The position numbers and the translations under genes were made by a program. From Chiloscyllium plagiosum (Eukaryota): a stretch of DNA of 64,000 nt. The DNA lies in the NCBI RefSeq assembly GCF_004010195.1, contig NC_057718.1:60922073-60986072 (forward strand). Direction: 5' to 3'. The notes under the pieces were generated by a model that saw only the letters and a program-made list of their open reading frames with translations, had not been told where the DNA came from and searched no databases. This document shows, piece by piece, positions 1-13,695 of the stretch (position 1 is its first letter; every line of letters begins with the position of its first letter).

Positions 1-454
1 TCAATGCATAACTGGTCAGCCAACTATTCTCCTGCCCAGGAATGTCGAAAGACAGACTCTGGAGTATGTTTAGTATTTCTCATATCTTGGCAGCTACCTC
101 TCTCAAAAAGCCACCATTACTGAGGAGATCCAACACACAGTTAGCTGCAGTGGTTCAGCTTACTATGAACCACAGAAATGAGTATTTGATAACAGATTCT
201 TCCACAAGTCAACAAAACACTGAGTGTAGGGAGAGTGGTCACCATGGTCCAATAGTATGGCCTATGGTACATGGCATATGGACGGACTGTAATGTTTAAA
301 TTCTAAATTTACTTCTTTATTTTCATACTTAAAGCAACTATGGTGATGAACGTATTTCTTTATTTTACTATTTTTGTTCCTAGATATCTTTGTACCTGAC
401 ATGGTGTTAGGAATGGTGACATTGTACTGTTTTCACGGTACTCTTGTACTTGTC

Positions 455-790
455 TGGAATCTTACAATCCCTACAGTATGGAAACAGGCCCTTCGGCCCA
501 ACAAGTCCACACCAACCCTCCAAAGGGTAACCCCCCAGACCCATTCCCCTCCCCTATTATCCTACATTTACCCCTGACTAATGCACCTAACCTACACATG
601 CCTGAGCATGGCAACATTTAGCATGGCCAATTCACCTGGACTATGGGAGGAAACCAGAGTACGCAGAGGAAACCCACACAGACACGGAGAGAATGTGCAA
701 ACTCCACACAGACAATTGCCCAAGGTTGGAATCGAACCCAGGTCCCTGGCACTGTGAGGCAGCAGTGCTAACACTGAGCCACCGTGCCGC
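455..790 (-). mobile_element. HE1-type tRNA-derived SINE, near full length
   Basis: Reverse strand reads gcggcacggtggctcagtgttagcactgctgcctcacag...GGTTCGATTCC, then the central tggccatgctaaat motif and the CR1-like tail gggccgaagggcctgtttcc; matches the copy at 30593-30915. Confidence 0.9.
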
Positions 791-1909
791 TGCCTACGCA
801 TGACAATAAAACTTAAAAGATCTATGACAGTGACACCTGGAATATATATCAGTGACAGATCAGATCATGAGCAAAATCCTACATCTATGACATTCTTCAA
901 ATTCAATGGAAGGACCCATTTAAGAGTGAAAAGGTGAAATACTCACGATCCCTCAAAGTTTCCATGCTGCCTCCATGCCTCATCATTTCCCCTTCCCCCT
1001 TCTGAATCCCCAAGAGCCATTTACCCAGTATTCGCTTTGAGAAGATCTCAGGAGCCATGTAAAGATTAAAGAAACTTGTAAGTGAATTTCAACTCAAACT
1101 TACTTGATACTGAAAAAATACTCTATTCAAGTCACCCATTCAAAAATGTAAAATTCCTTAAAGATATCAATCTGAAAAAACAAACATCTATTTCACTAAC
1201 CACATCAAAAACAGCTAATCTTTTAATATCTATTTAAAGCTGCTGATCAAAATGCCTATATAGCCCACTGCTAAGATAAGTGGTTCTAGACCTTTTGCAA
1301 CTCAACCAAGTATTCACAATGGGCTCAGTCAACGCAATTAATTTGGGGAAATCTAAACAACTGAGTTGTTTAAAACAGAAGGCTAATGGTTGTTTCTAAG
1401 CTGCATCAGACCTCCTGTCCGTAAATGTGCCCCAGCTGCCAGTGCCATTTTGTTTACAATAACTGAAAACTGCACACTGTTTTGTTTTCAATTTTAAATA
1501 GCTGGGGAATTAAATCACTTCAAATCATGACACTTAAATAGCCCATAAACCTTAAGATGGATTTATGCCATCCTTATAAAATGATAGTTCTGACACTGTG
1601 GAGTAAGGCCATTGAAGCAATGAAAGTCGCATGCCTTTGTACTCAAATCAGATGGCCCTGTTGCATTTGGGATTCCTGCATGTGTGATTCGTACGTCACA
1701 TTTTTTCCACAGCCTGTATAAATGGCATCTGCTAGGACCTCCACATCTGGGTCCTGCGTCCCATTATTAAAAGTCTCCAGACTCAGCAAAAATCCAGTCC
1801 AACATGTTTTTTTAATGGATTGCTTGTTTCAGGGCAAATGTATGTTAAATATTGGACAAATTTGCGCTGCACGAACATCCCAAATGCTTGGTTGAGGAGT
1901 GTAATCACG

Positions 1910-2566
1910 TCATAGAGTCATAGAGATGTCCAGCACAGTTGGAACTTTGGTCCAAGTGGACCTTTGCTCCAACTTGTTCATGCCGGCCAGGTATCCTAAA
2001 TTAATCTAATCCCATTTGCCAGCACTTAGTCCATATCCCTCTGAACTCTTCCTATTCATGTACCCATCCAGATGCTCTTTAAATATTGTTATTATACCAG
2101 CCTCCTCCACTTTCTCCAGCAGCTCATTCCATATAGGCACCACCTTCTCCATGAAAAAGTTGCTGCTTAAGTCTCTTTTAAATCTTTCCCCTCTCACTTT
2201 AAAGCTATGCCCTCTAGTTTTGGATTCCCCCATCCTTGGACAAAGACTTTGGTTATTCACCCTATCCATGCCTCTCATGATTTTATAAACCTCTATAAGG
2301 TCACTCATCACCCTCTGATGCTCCAGAGAAAATATTGCCAGCCTATTCAGCCTCTCGCTATAGCTGAAACCCTTCAACCCTTCAACCCTGGCAACATCTT
2401 TGTAAATCTTTTCTGAACACTTTCAAGTTTAACAACTTCTTTTCCAGGGAGACCAGATTGAAGACAGTGTTCCAAACATAGCTTAACCAACGTCCTGTGT
2501 AGCCATAACGTGACATCCCAACTCCTAAACTCAATGCACTGACCAATAAAGGCAAGTGTACCAAAT
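1910..2566 (-). mobile_element. CR1 (HER1-like) LINE 3' fragment
   Basis: ORFs 2006-2377 and 2374-2580 give CR1 ORF2 C-terminal motifs (KLESVQKRFTKMLPGL, SYSERLNRL, DLIEVYKIMRG, TRGHSFK); (ctctatga)n tail. Confidence 0.92.
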
Positions 2567-2714
2567 GGCACTGCAATCAAAATGTAAGCTCATATAACGA
2601 AGATCTGGAAGGACTGAGGATGCATACCTTTGAAAAATGAAGTGGTAAAAAGCTAATGAGTTTAACCATAGACTGCTTGGCTGGAGGTCCAACTCAATTT
2701 TTAAACTGGCTTCA

Positions 2715-3755
2715 AATTGACCGCCATGCGATCCTTATGGAGACAAAGTCCTGTCCTCACATCAAGGGTATAAGAAATTGTGTTTTGTGGCATAACCCAC
2801 CATGTTAAATGGAAAAGATTCTGAATGGATATATCAGCTCAAATTTGGGAAGTTTTGAGATGGTAGGAACTGTCAGCTGTATTCCACCACAATCTGATAC
2901 TGAAGCAGTCCATGTCTAAATCCAACAATATCTGGACAATATTCAGGCTTGGGGTGACAAGTGGCAAGTAACATTCATGGCATGCAACTGTCAGTTAATG
3001 ACTGTCTCCAATAAGAGATAATATAACCATTGTCCCTCAACATTTAGTGGTGTTATCATTACTGGTAACACTGGTAGTGTTACCCCACTATCCAATATCC
3101 TTGGGCTTACTATTGACCAAAAACTCAACTGGATTCACCACATAAACACAGTGGGTACAAGAGCAGGTAAGAAGCTGGGGTACAGCAGTGAGTAACTCAC
3201 CTCCTGATCCCCAAAGACTATCCACAATCTGCAAGACAAAAGACATGAGTGTAATGGAATATTCCTCACTTGCCTGGATGGGCGCAACTCCAACAACACT
3301 CAAGAAGCTTGGCACCATCTAGGACAAAGCAGCCTGCTTGATTGGCACTACATCCATAAATGTCCACTCCCTTCACGACCGATGCTCAATAGCCGCAGCA
3401 TGTACTATCTACAAGATGCAATACAGAAATTCATCAAAGATTCACAGACAGCACCTTCCAAACCGACACCCACTTCCATCTAAGGAAAAGGGCAGCAAAT
3501 ACATGGGAACGCCACCACCTACAAGTTTACCTCCAAGCCACTCACTATCCGGGATTGGAAATATATTGCAATCCCTTCACTGTCGCTGGGTCAAAACCCT
3601 GGAATTACCTCCCTAAGGGCATTGTGAGTCAACCTAAAGCAGGTGGGCTGCAGTGATTAAAGAAGGCAGCTCACCATTACCTTTTCAAGGGCAACTAGGG
3701 ACAAGCAATAACTGCTAGCCCAACCAGTGACACCTACATGCCACGAGTGAATTGT
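2715..3755 (+). mobile_element. Internally deleted copy of the second CR1-group LINE family (family B; see 51336-54403)
   Basis: 2715-2870 resembles 52320-52460; 2885-3755 is colinear with 53550-54400 and ends in gggcaactagggacaagcaataactgc. Confidence 0.85.
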
Positions 3756-4009
3756 TTAAAAATCCAGAAACGCATGGCCCAGCATATCCTTCACATCAAG
3801 TCAAAGGCCAACCCTAGTTCAAAAGAAGTGATGGAGCACATGCCAAGTACAGCACCAAATATAACGTAAACACTAGGTGCTATCCCAATGAAGCTAAAAC
3901 ACAGGGATACATGCTAAACAGTGGAAAAAGCATGCAGTGGACAGAGTTAAGTAATTGCCTAAAGAGTGAATCAAGTCAAAGCTCTGTGGTCCTGCCACCT
4001 CCAGTCATG

Positions 4010-4222
4010 AATATCAAAATTGCATGCAAGGACTGCCAGAAACACTACGTAGGACAAACAGGAAGAAAGTTAGCCACCAGGATACACGAACACCAGCTAG
4101 CCACAAAAAGACACGACCCTCTCTCCCTCGTAGCCCTACACACGGATGAAAAAATAACACCCGTTCGACTGGGACAACACATCTATCCTGGGACAGGCTA
4201 AGCAAAGACATGCCAGAGAATT
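4010..4222 (+). mobile_element. Penelope-like element GIY-YIG endonuclease fragment
   Basis: Translation KIACKDCQKHYVGQTGRKLATRIHEHQLATKRHD has the CxxC-YVG-R-EH pattern of PLE endonucleases. Confidence 0.88.
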
Positions 4223-4484
4223 ATAGATTCTGGTCTTTTATCAATTCAATTTGCACTATATGATATCAAGGAAATGCAATGGGGACAGCAAAACTCATGA
4301 CCATCACAACAGCGTGGTTGAGTACTGAAGATCAGTGCTTCAGATCTCGGTCTGCCCCTAACCGAGTTGTTCCACTACAGCTAGAACACATATCGACCTG
4401 GCTATATAGAAAATCCCCTGAGTATATTCTGTCTCAGAAAAAGCAGGTTAAATCCAATCTAGCAACTCACTGGCTGTTCTAAAG

Positions 4485-4577
4485 AAGGATCTTTGGACCT
4501 GAAATGTCATCTCAGCTTTCTCTCTACAGATGCTGCCAGACCTGCTGAGCTTCACCAACCATTTCTATTTTTAGTTC
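4485..4577 (+). mobile_element. Decayed PLE-derived terminal fragment (older family)
   Basis: Degenerate hammerhead-like ctaaagaagg...cctgaaatgtc followed by cagatgctgccagacctgctgag, a motif shared with other PLE termini in the window. Confidence 0.6.
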
Positions 4578-5325
4578 TTGCGTTTTTTTTTCCTGACAAA
4601 TCACTGCCCCATTAATCTATTCTCAATCATCAGCAAAATGATCGAAGGAATCATAGACAGTGCTATCAAATGGAACTTATTCACCAATAACCTGCTCACA
4701 ATTTATAGTTTGGGTTCTCCCAGAACAGCTGGACTCCACAGACATCATTATAGCCTAGCTCTAAACATGGACAAAGGAGTTGAATTCCAGAGATGATGTG
4801 AGAGTGGCTGCCCTTCACATTAAGACAGCATTTTAGTGAGTATGAAAATAAGCCTCATCACAATTTAGATCAATAGCAATCAAAGAAATCACTGCTGTTT
4901 GGAGTCATACAGAGCACAAAGGAAGGGTATGGTTGTAACAGGCCAAACATCCCAGCCCAAAGCATCACTGCAAGAGTTCCTCAGGATAGTCTGCTCGGAC
5001 CAACTATCTTCAGCTATTTTGTCAATTTCCTCCCTCCTTCACAAGGCCAGAAATGGGATGTTCACTAATGACTGCACAGGATTAGGCACCATTCACAATT
5101 CCTCAAATACTGAAATAGTTTGTGCTTGCATGCAGCAAGATTTGGGTAATATTCAGAGTTATGCTGAAGAGTAACAAGTAACATTTGTGTCACAAAAGTT
5201 CCAGTCAATGACAATCTCCAACAAGAGAGAATCTAACTATTGAGGCAAAAGTGAGGACTGCAGATGCTGGAGATTAGAGTCAAGGTTAGAGTGGTGCTGG
5301 TCAGGCAGCATCCGAGGAGCAGGAA

Positions 5326-5361
5326 AATCGATGTTTCGGGCAGGAGCCCTTCATCAGGAAT
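5326..5361 (-). ncRNA. Minimal type I hammerhead ribozyme motif (PLE), stem III altered by a CpG-type change
   Basis: Reverse strand reads attc CTGATGA a gggc tcct gccc GAAAC ATC gatt. Confidence 0.65.
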
Positions 5362-5873
5362 GAGGCTGGAAGCCTCTGGGTTGGAGAGATAAATGGGAGG
5401 GGGTGGGGCTCGGGAGAATTTAGTTGAGAGTGCAATAGGTGTATGGAGGAAGTGGTAGATGTGATAGGTCGGAGAGGAGTGTGGAGCTGGAAGGTGGGAA
5501 GGAAGATTGACAGGTGGGACAAGTCATGAGGATGGTGCTGAGCTGGAAGGTTGGAACTGGAGTAAGATGGGGGGAGGAGAAATGAGGAAACTAGTGAAGT
5601 CCACATTGATGCCCTGGGGTTGAAAAGTTCTGAGGTGGAAGATGAAGCGTTCTTTCTCCAGGGGTCGGGTCATGAGGGAGTGGTGGTGGAGGAGGCCCAG
5701 GACCTGCATGTCCTCAGCAGAATGGAGGGGGGGAGGGCGAAGTTGAAATGTTCGGTTACGGGACGGTGAGGTTGATTGGTACGGTGTCCCGGAGATATTC
5801 CCTGAAGTGCGAGAAGGTGTCCAGTCTCCCCAGTGTAAAGGAGACCACATTGGGAGCAACGGATGCAATAAAT

Positions 5874-6158
5874 TAGTACTGCTGCCTCACAGCACCAGGG
5901 TCCCAGGTTCGATTCCAGCCTTGGGCGACTGTCCGTGTGGAGTTTGCACATTCTCCCCGTGTCTGCGGGGGTTTCCTCTGGGTGCTCCGGTTTCCTCCCA
6001 CAGTACAAAGATGTGCAGGTCAGGTGAACTGGCCAGGTTAAATTGCTCGTAGTGTTAGGTGCATTAATCAGAGGGGGGTGGGTTACTCTTCGGAGGGTCA
6101 GTGTGGATTGGTTAGGCTGAAGAGCCTGTTTCTATGCTGTAGGGAATCTAATCTAATC
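5874..6158 (+). mobile_element. HE1-type SINE nested in the PLE endonuclease gene
   Basis: B box GGTTCGATTCC and (taatc)n tail; aaat duplicated at 5870-5873 and 6159-6162; splits the NVI/YCI codons. Confidence 0.9.
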
Positions 6159-9100
6159 AAATGACATTGGTGTAAGTGCAGGTGAAACTTTGATGGATGT
6201 GGAAGATTCCTTTGGGGCCTTGGATGGAGGTGAGGGGGAGGTGTGGACACAGGTTTTGCAATTCCTGCAGTGGCAGTGGAAGGTGCCAGGAGGGGAGAGT
6301 GAGTTGTTGGGGAGGTAGACCTGACCAGGTAGTCATGGAGGAAACGGTCTTTGTGGAAAACGGATAGGGATGGGAGGGAAATATATCCCTGGTGGTGGGG
6401 TCCATTTGAGGGTGTCCATTTGTAGAATCTAACTATTGCCTCTTGATGCTTAATGGTATTCTCATCACTGAAAACACTATAATCAATAACTTCGTATTAA
6501 TCAGACCAACCATGCGGACAGTGTGAGCAGCTCAAATACAAGGAGGACAGGTACCTCTTTTCTGGACTCATAAAAGTTGGTCTACCATGTACAAAGCACA
6601 AGTCAGGAATGTGGTGAAATACTCTTCACTTGCTATCTACAACCATGAACATTCACTCCTTCTAACACATTCCTGTGTACAATGGCAGCAGCGTGTATCT
6701 TCTACAAGATGCATCGCAGCAAGCGACTGAGGTGTTTTCAATAGCACCTTCCAAATCCATGCTTTCTGATAACTACAAGGTCAACGGCAGCAGATCGTTC
6801 TGCTAGAACACCATCTTCATGTCCCCCTTTAAGTCACACACCATCCTGACTTGGAAGTCTATCACTGTTTCCTCACTATTACTGAGTTGACATCCTGTAC
6901 CTTCTTTCAACAACACACCGTAGTTGTATTTAAACCGAAGGGCCTACCCAGTTCAAGAATGGGGCTCACCACCACCACTGAGCAAGCAGTGCTCAGTAAA
7001 TGCTGGCCTTGCCGCTGGCACACAGCCAATTAACAAATACAAAAGTGATGCCTTGCATTATCTCCTCTAACAGGATCGTGGGCATGGAAACGGTGATCAG
7101 GATAGAGTGAGACAATTGGAATGGGGCCAGTGATGGTCTGCTGTGGAACAGGGAGGAGCAATTGTCCACCCCCAGCTCCCCAGAAATGTTTATTAAAATA
7201 ATATATTCAAAGAATAAGCCTAAAATGGCCCCACAAATTTAGCAATGATTGCAAAGTTTTGGTATCCAGTATCATACTGTTAAATTAACTTGCCTTTTAC
7301 CTACAACATAGTTCAATGCATATCAATTTCTGGTACAAATTATTTACAATCACGAGCACTTGAATCAGAATGAAATAGCAATTCCATCTCTTTAGTTTGC
7401 TTCTTTTGTACTGCAGTGCATATTGCAGTGGCTAGCTGTCTTTGAACATAGAAAAGCTACTGTCATCTGTGACCCATCACATTCCTAGTCATGTTATGCA
7501 TGACACTATAGCACTGTGTTAATTACCCACTGAAGATAAGCCATCAGTTTGATCTGTCATAGGTTTACTGATTACAGACCTGACCTGTCTGGCTGAGTTA
7601 GCATGCAAAGGTTATGGTTCTCCAGACATGAGTTCAAGGGCACAATATGTTACAAGTTCCTGAACAGATTCTGGTCTATTTGGAACAAAAGGACATAGGT
7701 TATGATCAGGGCAAATGGAGCAACAATAAATCTGTGTCAGAAATTAATACGTTTTAACATAATAGGCATTGGATGTCCACTGATGGATCATTCACTTAAT
7801 GAGACTGCCTTGTATTTTGAGGTCATTTAATGACCATAAATTAGTCTTCCATATGCCCAGCTTTACAATGTGAGGTTGATCTACCTATTATCATTTTAAT
7901 AAACAAAATGATCTACAATAAATTACATTAATTACTGAATTATGAAATAATGTTTAGTTTTCAAACAATTTTAATTTGATATGTCTTTTTCATGTTTTAC
8001 TTGGTCTTAATTCAATATTCTCAAAAGATATTGTTTGGCAGCGGTTAAAAAAACCTGCAGAATTCAAAAAGATTTGGCATTCAAATAAACTTTGACTGCA
8101 AGTGGAGCTTAAATCATGAGGCAATGGGAGGAATGTTCCTCAGAGCTCCATTCTTTCTGCCATTCTATCTCACCAGATGTGCCAGGGAAATCCCATTTAT
8201 GACATACATCCATCAGCAAGGAAGCAGCTCTGAAGAATTTCCTGACAATATTTCCTTAAATAAACACTCAACCAAGGATGTACGTTGTTTAATTTTATGT
8301 TAGTAGCTCTGAGGTTATTTAACCATGTTGTCCTATTTATAGCTTATATTACAGTTCAATCAGTTAGTTCCCTTCTTCAGCCTGATTGAACAACCTTTCT
8401 ATGATCTTTACAATAACATTGCTTTGAGAGCTTAATAGAAGCCACAATATGATGGTGGGTGTTTCACACAGAATGACTTTTATATACAGTGGTTTTCTGT
8501 TAATGAGCAAGCCATAAACAATGTGTTAAGTAAGAAAGACTAACATGTCAAAGAATGTTGTAATACCAGTTAGTGTGATAAAGTTTTTCATGGTTGGTTA
8601 ACTTAAATGTGCTCAGAAATGTAAATAGTGCTTAAATATCAGATGTTAATATAAATAGAGCACCTGACCCATGAAAAACACAGTTTAATCCATGGTGATT
8701 TTCAATGGAGCCTTTGTAAGTCGATAAATTTCCTCATGAGACAATTTATTTTTCTTGCAAGTGTGGGCTCGTACCTTATCTGTCACTACTAACTGCTTCT
8801 GATGGCTCAGGATAGCACAATGCATGTGGCCAAAAACAGTTCCACTTCTCAATAACAATCTTTTCTGAACAACAATGAAGCATATCAGTGTCAGCCAAAC
8901 CCCTGGTCAGTAAGGTTGGGGTAGATGGAAAGGAATTTTGAAAAGAAAATAGAGAAGTTAAAAATATGGAGAAAGTTGCAGGTTGATTCCACTTTTCCAA
9001 TCCTTCGGCTGCGTTAGAACAACACTGGACCTTATCAGACTGCTGTAAATTGGCAGCCATGTTTTCACTGCTCAATTGCACTATTGTAAAGTTGACAAAG

Positions 9101-10654
9101 ATTGTAATTGTCACACAGTGCTGATGAACAATATTTTAGTGGCACTCACTGCCATCCCAAGCAGTACTCTCAAGCTCTGAGCTGCAGGAATTGGCGTCAT
9201 TGAAAACGGAAGAGGGAGGTATATGAATTGATATCACATTACCTTCATTGGTGAGATTCTGCATTCTGGTTGTTTCCATACTGGAAACCCTTTCCTGTTG
9301 CAGGACTCCCCTTTCCTATAATAATTTGCATTCGCATATCACCTGTAATTTTTAAAAAAGCCAAAACACTTTGCAGAAATGCTATCATACAAACTATCTG
9401 GTAGATTATGTGACACACGTGAAAGCTACCTCAGGTTGATTCAGAGGTGATTTACTATCCTGCATAACAATGTGAAAAACCAAAGCTCAACTTATACAGG
9501 AACAAGCTATTTGATAATTATTTAGTTTTTAAAAAAATAAATTTTACTCCTATTGGTTGCTTCAGAGTTATAAATGTGTTTTACCGAACATGGTCATGAA
9601 AAAATAAATTAGAAAATGCTATCAGAAAATATAAATGTGTAAATTATAAGCTTGAATCTTCCACTTGAACCTCATCCCAACAGACTTGTACAGGGAGACG
9701 ATTCTGATTGGTGTAACAAGGTATCCTGGATCCCGCATGATTTTCTAGCCTAGTTATTTTAACGTATTTTAAGTTGTTTCCCCAAGGAGGACAATGACTA
9801 CAGCAGGCCTTGGAAGGACAATATGGTAAATAGAAGTATTAACAATTTTTGATTGCATTTTAAAATATTTTTCATACCAATGGATTGCTTTATTATATAT
9901 TGTAAAGTATTCCACAACCTGAGGTTTTTAAATGCACTGTCTAGCATTCACAATAAAATTGTACACAAGGAACAGCAATGCATGCCATCAACTCCATCTG
10001 GAAATGCTGCAAAGTGAGGCAGGTAGGAGCAGAGCCATTAGCATGACTCAAAGAGGAATTCTGCCACTTTCTAGAATAAGTCCAGTGGAAGATCAAATCC
10101 CTAGAGTCTTTCATCCATTTATCCCTTCATCTTTTGAGGGCATCAATCAAGTTAGGAACCAGCTCATAACCTTCAGCGCGCCTTCAGACTTAACTGGATA
10201 TTTCTTACCCAACATTGTAGATGACTTTGGATGTTGCTTTGGATGTGGTTGTTGCTCAGCTAAGGCTGCTTATTTCCTGTTTTGATATTCATACATATCA
10301 ATGGTGGAATCTTCCCAGGCCCAGAACAAAATGAGCAATAGTGAGAGTTGGGAAAATAGAGTGAGACTGACAGAAATTAGATTCTTGATGTCAAGAATAC
10401 TAATCTGGTTCCTTAACTTACTGTTGAATGGCCAGACCAGAATCGCACCATGGTCTATTTGCATCCATTAATATCTAATGTGACCTATTTTTTTATTCAT
10501 TCATGGTATGTGACTATCATAAAATTAAACATTCTTGAAAATATTCAAGATAGGCAGAAGTGGGACCTCATTAATTTCGGACACATTTATAGCCATTGAA
10601 GGGAAAGATTTCATTATCAAGAATATCTAAATGTCCAGACAAGCTCTGGTTGGT

Positions 10655-12705
10655 AGGCATAGAGAATGCTGGATGACTAAAGAAATTGAGGGTTTGGTTA
10701 AGAAAAAGAAGGAAGCATATGTAAGATATGGACAGGATAGATCGAGTGAATCCTTAGAAGAGTATAAAGGCAGTAGGAGTGTACTTAAGAGGGAAATCAG
10801 GACGGCAAAAAGGGGACATGAAATAGCTTTGACAAATAGAGTTAAGGAGAATCCAAAGGGTTTTTACAAGTACATTAAGGGCAAAAGAATAACTAGGGAG
10901 AGGATAGGGCCCCTCAAAAGTCAGCAAGGCAGCCTTTGTGTGAAGCTGCAGAAAATGGGGGAGATACTAAACAAGTATTTTGCATCAGTATTTACTGGGG
11001 AAAAGGATATGGAAGATATAGAAAGTAGCGGAATAGATAGTGACATCTTGCAAAATGTCCATATTACAGAGGAGGAACTGCTTGATGTCTTACAACGCAT
11101 AAAGGTGGATAAATCCCCAGGACCTGATCAGGTGTGCCCTAGAACTCTGTGGGAAGCTAGAGAAGTGATTGTTGGGCCTCTTGCTGAGATACTTGTATCA
11201 TCGATAGTCACAGGTGAGGTGCCGGAAGACTGGAGGTTGGCTTATGTGGTGCCACTGTTTAAGAAGGGTAGTAAGGACAAGCCAGAGAACAGTGTAGCCT
11301 GACGTCGGTGGTGGGCAAGTTGTTGGAGGGAATCCTGAGGGACAGGATGTACATGTATTGGGAAAGGCAAGAACTGAGTAGGGATAGTCAACATGTCTTT
11401 GTGCATGGGAAATCATGTCTCACAAACTTGATTGAGTTTTTTGAAGATGTAACAAAGAGGATTGATGAGGGCAGAGTGGTAGATGTGATCTATGTGGACT
11501 TCAGTAGCGCGTTTGACAAGGTTCCCCATGGGAGACTGGTTAGCAAGGTTAGATCTCATGGAATACAGGGGGAACTAGCCATTTGGATACAGAACTGGCT
11601 CAAAGGTAGAAGACAGAGGGTGGTGGTTGAGGGTTGTTTTTCGGACTGGAGGCCTGTGACCAGTGGAGTGCCACAAGGATCGGTGTTGGGTCCTCTTTTT
11701 GTCATTTACATAAATGATTTGGATGCGAGCATAAGAGGTACAGTTAGTAAGTTTGTAGATGACACCAAAGTTGGAGGTGAAGTGGACAGCAAAGAGGGGT
11801 TACCTCAGATTACAACACGATCTTGACCAGATGGGCCAATGGGCTCAGAAGTGGCAGATGGAGTTTAATTCAGATAAATGAGAGGTGCTGCACTTTGGGA
11901 AAGCAAGTCTTAGCAGGACTAATATACTTAATGGTAAGATCCTAGGGAGTATTGCTGAACAAAGAGACCTTGGAGTGCAGGTTCATAGCTCCTTGAAAGT
12001 GGAATTGCAGGTAGGTAGGATAGTGAAGAAGGCGTTTGGTATACTTTCCTTTATTGGTCAGATTATTGAGTACAGGAGTTGGGAGGACATGTTGCAGCTG
12101 TACAGGACATTGGTTCGGCTACTGTTGGAATATTATGTGCAATTCTGGTCTCCTTCCTATCGGAAAGATGTTGTGAAACTTGAAAGGGTTCAGAAAAGAT
12201 TTACAAGGATGTTGCCAGGGTTGGAGAATTTGAGCTATAGGGAGAGGCTGAACAGGCTGGAACTGTTTTCCCTGCAGCGTCGGAGGCTGAGGGGTGACCT
12301 TATAAAGGTATACAAAATTATGAGGGGCATGGATAGGATAAATAGACAAAGTCTTTTCCTGGTTTGGGGGAGTCCAGAACTAGAGGGCATAGGTTTAGGG
12401 TGAGAGGGGAAAGAGTCCAGAACTAGAGGGCATAGGTTTAGGGTGAGAGGGGAAAGATATAAAACTTTTCACACAGAGGGTGGTATATATATGGAATGAG
12501 CTGCCAGAGGAAGTGGTGCAGGCTGGTACAACTGCAACATTTAAAAGGCACCTGGATAGGTATATGGATAGGAAGCGTGTGGAGGGATATGGACCGGGTG
12601 CTGGCAGGTGGGACTAGATCGGGTTGGGATATCTGGTCGGCATGGATAGGTTGGACCGAAGGATCTGTTTCCATGCTGTACATCTCTATGACTCTATGAC
12701 TCTAT
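10655..12705 (+). mobile_element. 5'-truncated CR1 LINE, frameshifted ORF2 (RT)
   Basis: Motifs [44 protein letters not shown]; (ctctatga)n tail; ~42 bp tandem duplication at 12371-12455. Confidence 0.95.
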
Positions 12706-13524
12706 ATTGGGTAGAATTAAGAAATAATAAAGGATCCGTTACCCTATTACAGCCATTTCCATAGTGTAAATCCCTTGACCCTGTACTTACTTTTGACATG
12801 CCTGCAGTGATCACTAATCATTCAATGCCCAAATAAAACTGTCAATTTCAACCCCCAATTCAAATTTGCAATCATATTTGATTTAATAAATTGGTGGTTG
12901 CCAAGTTCTATCACCCCATTTATTGTATTCAAAGCCAGTTAACGAACATAGAAATGCTTGTCTATGCTGTCATCCACATCTACCTATTTTTCTTATCCTA
13001 ATCCCTCTCTTCCTGCACTTTTGATGCTATTTCTCAGCACCAAAATTCAACATTTTTAAATGAGGTGCTTTTTTAAAATCTCTCTCTTTGTCCTCTTTCT
13101 GCTGTCATCTCTCTTCAAAGTCAATCATATGTCTTTTCTCATCAGTGTTGTGCAGGTATTATCACTCGGTGACTCTGTGTCGGTATTAGCTCTCTTTGAC
13201 CACCTGTTGCAATAACCCCAATCCTGCCTCTTTAGATCTGCTCAAATTTCTTAGATGTTAACAATTCTCTTCCAGTCACTTTAAAAATGTAAATAATTTT
13301 AATTAATGGCTGATTAGCATCCCACTAACATTTCTTTTCGAGACCCCTTCAGTTATTTACATTCAAACACCAAACTTTGAAACAATTTTATGGTAACTCT
13401 TTTTCCCTCTCCTTTTTATGGGAAAGATCACAAAGCCTGTATACTATCAAAGTCTAGTTTCCCTGTCAATTAAAACCAGCTTTCCAAATAACATTCTCTT
13501 CAGATCATTTTCACATGTACACGA

Positions 13525-13695
13525 ACTTGATGCTGGAAATCAGAAACAAAAGAAAGAGAAATTGTTAGAAAAACGCAGCAGGTTTGGCAGCATCTGTGGA
13601 GAGAAAGCAGAGTTAACATTTCAGGTCCAGTGACCTTTCTGAAGACGATTCAATCTGCTGAAATTTACCAGCTATTTTTATTTTTGTTTTGGATT
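13525..13695. mobile_element. Decayed PLE-derived fold-back fragment (older family)
   Basis: gcagcaggtttggcagcatctgtggagagaaagcagagttaac followed by a degenerate inverted arm; related to 24655-24777 and 58205-58800. Confidence 0.55.

Larger units (their letters stand above)
5243..6423 (-). mobile_element. 5'-truncated Penelope-like element with GIY-YIG region and 3' terminus
   Basis: Reverse strand encodes FTCTYTNVI/YCIRCSQCGLLYTGET...HRPVTEHFN; perfect 15 bp TSD agaatctaactattg at 5228-5242 and 6424-6438. Confidence 0.9.
4590..7030 (+). mobile_element. Family B CR1-group LINE RT/3' fragment, interrupted by a PLE
   Basis: Translation NHCPINLFSIISKMIEGIIDSAIK; colinear with 53070-54380; sequence resumes at 6424 after the insertion. 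Confidence 0.85.

Noticed and set aside
300..812. LINE 3' end (Rex/Babar-like) flanking the first HE1 SINE
   Set aside because: Only short ttttcacggtac and tgacaataaa motifs support it; too little for a call.
10631..12403. Long ORFs (223, 172 and 172 aa) as host genes
   Set aside because: They are consecutive frameshifted pieces of one CR1 ORF2.
12371..12455. Tandem 42 bp repeat (also 44428-44457) as a CRISPR-like or functional array
   Set aside because: Only two units, no spacers, inside CR1; these are local slippage duplications.
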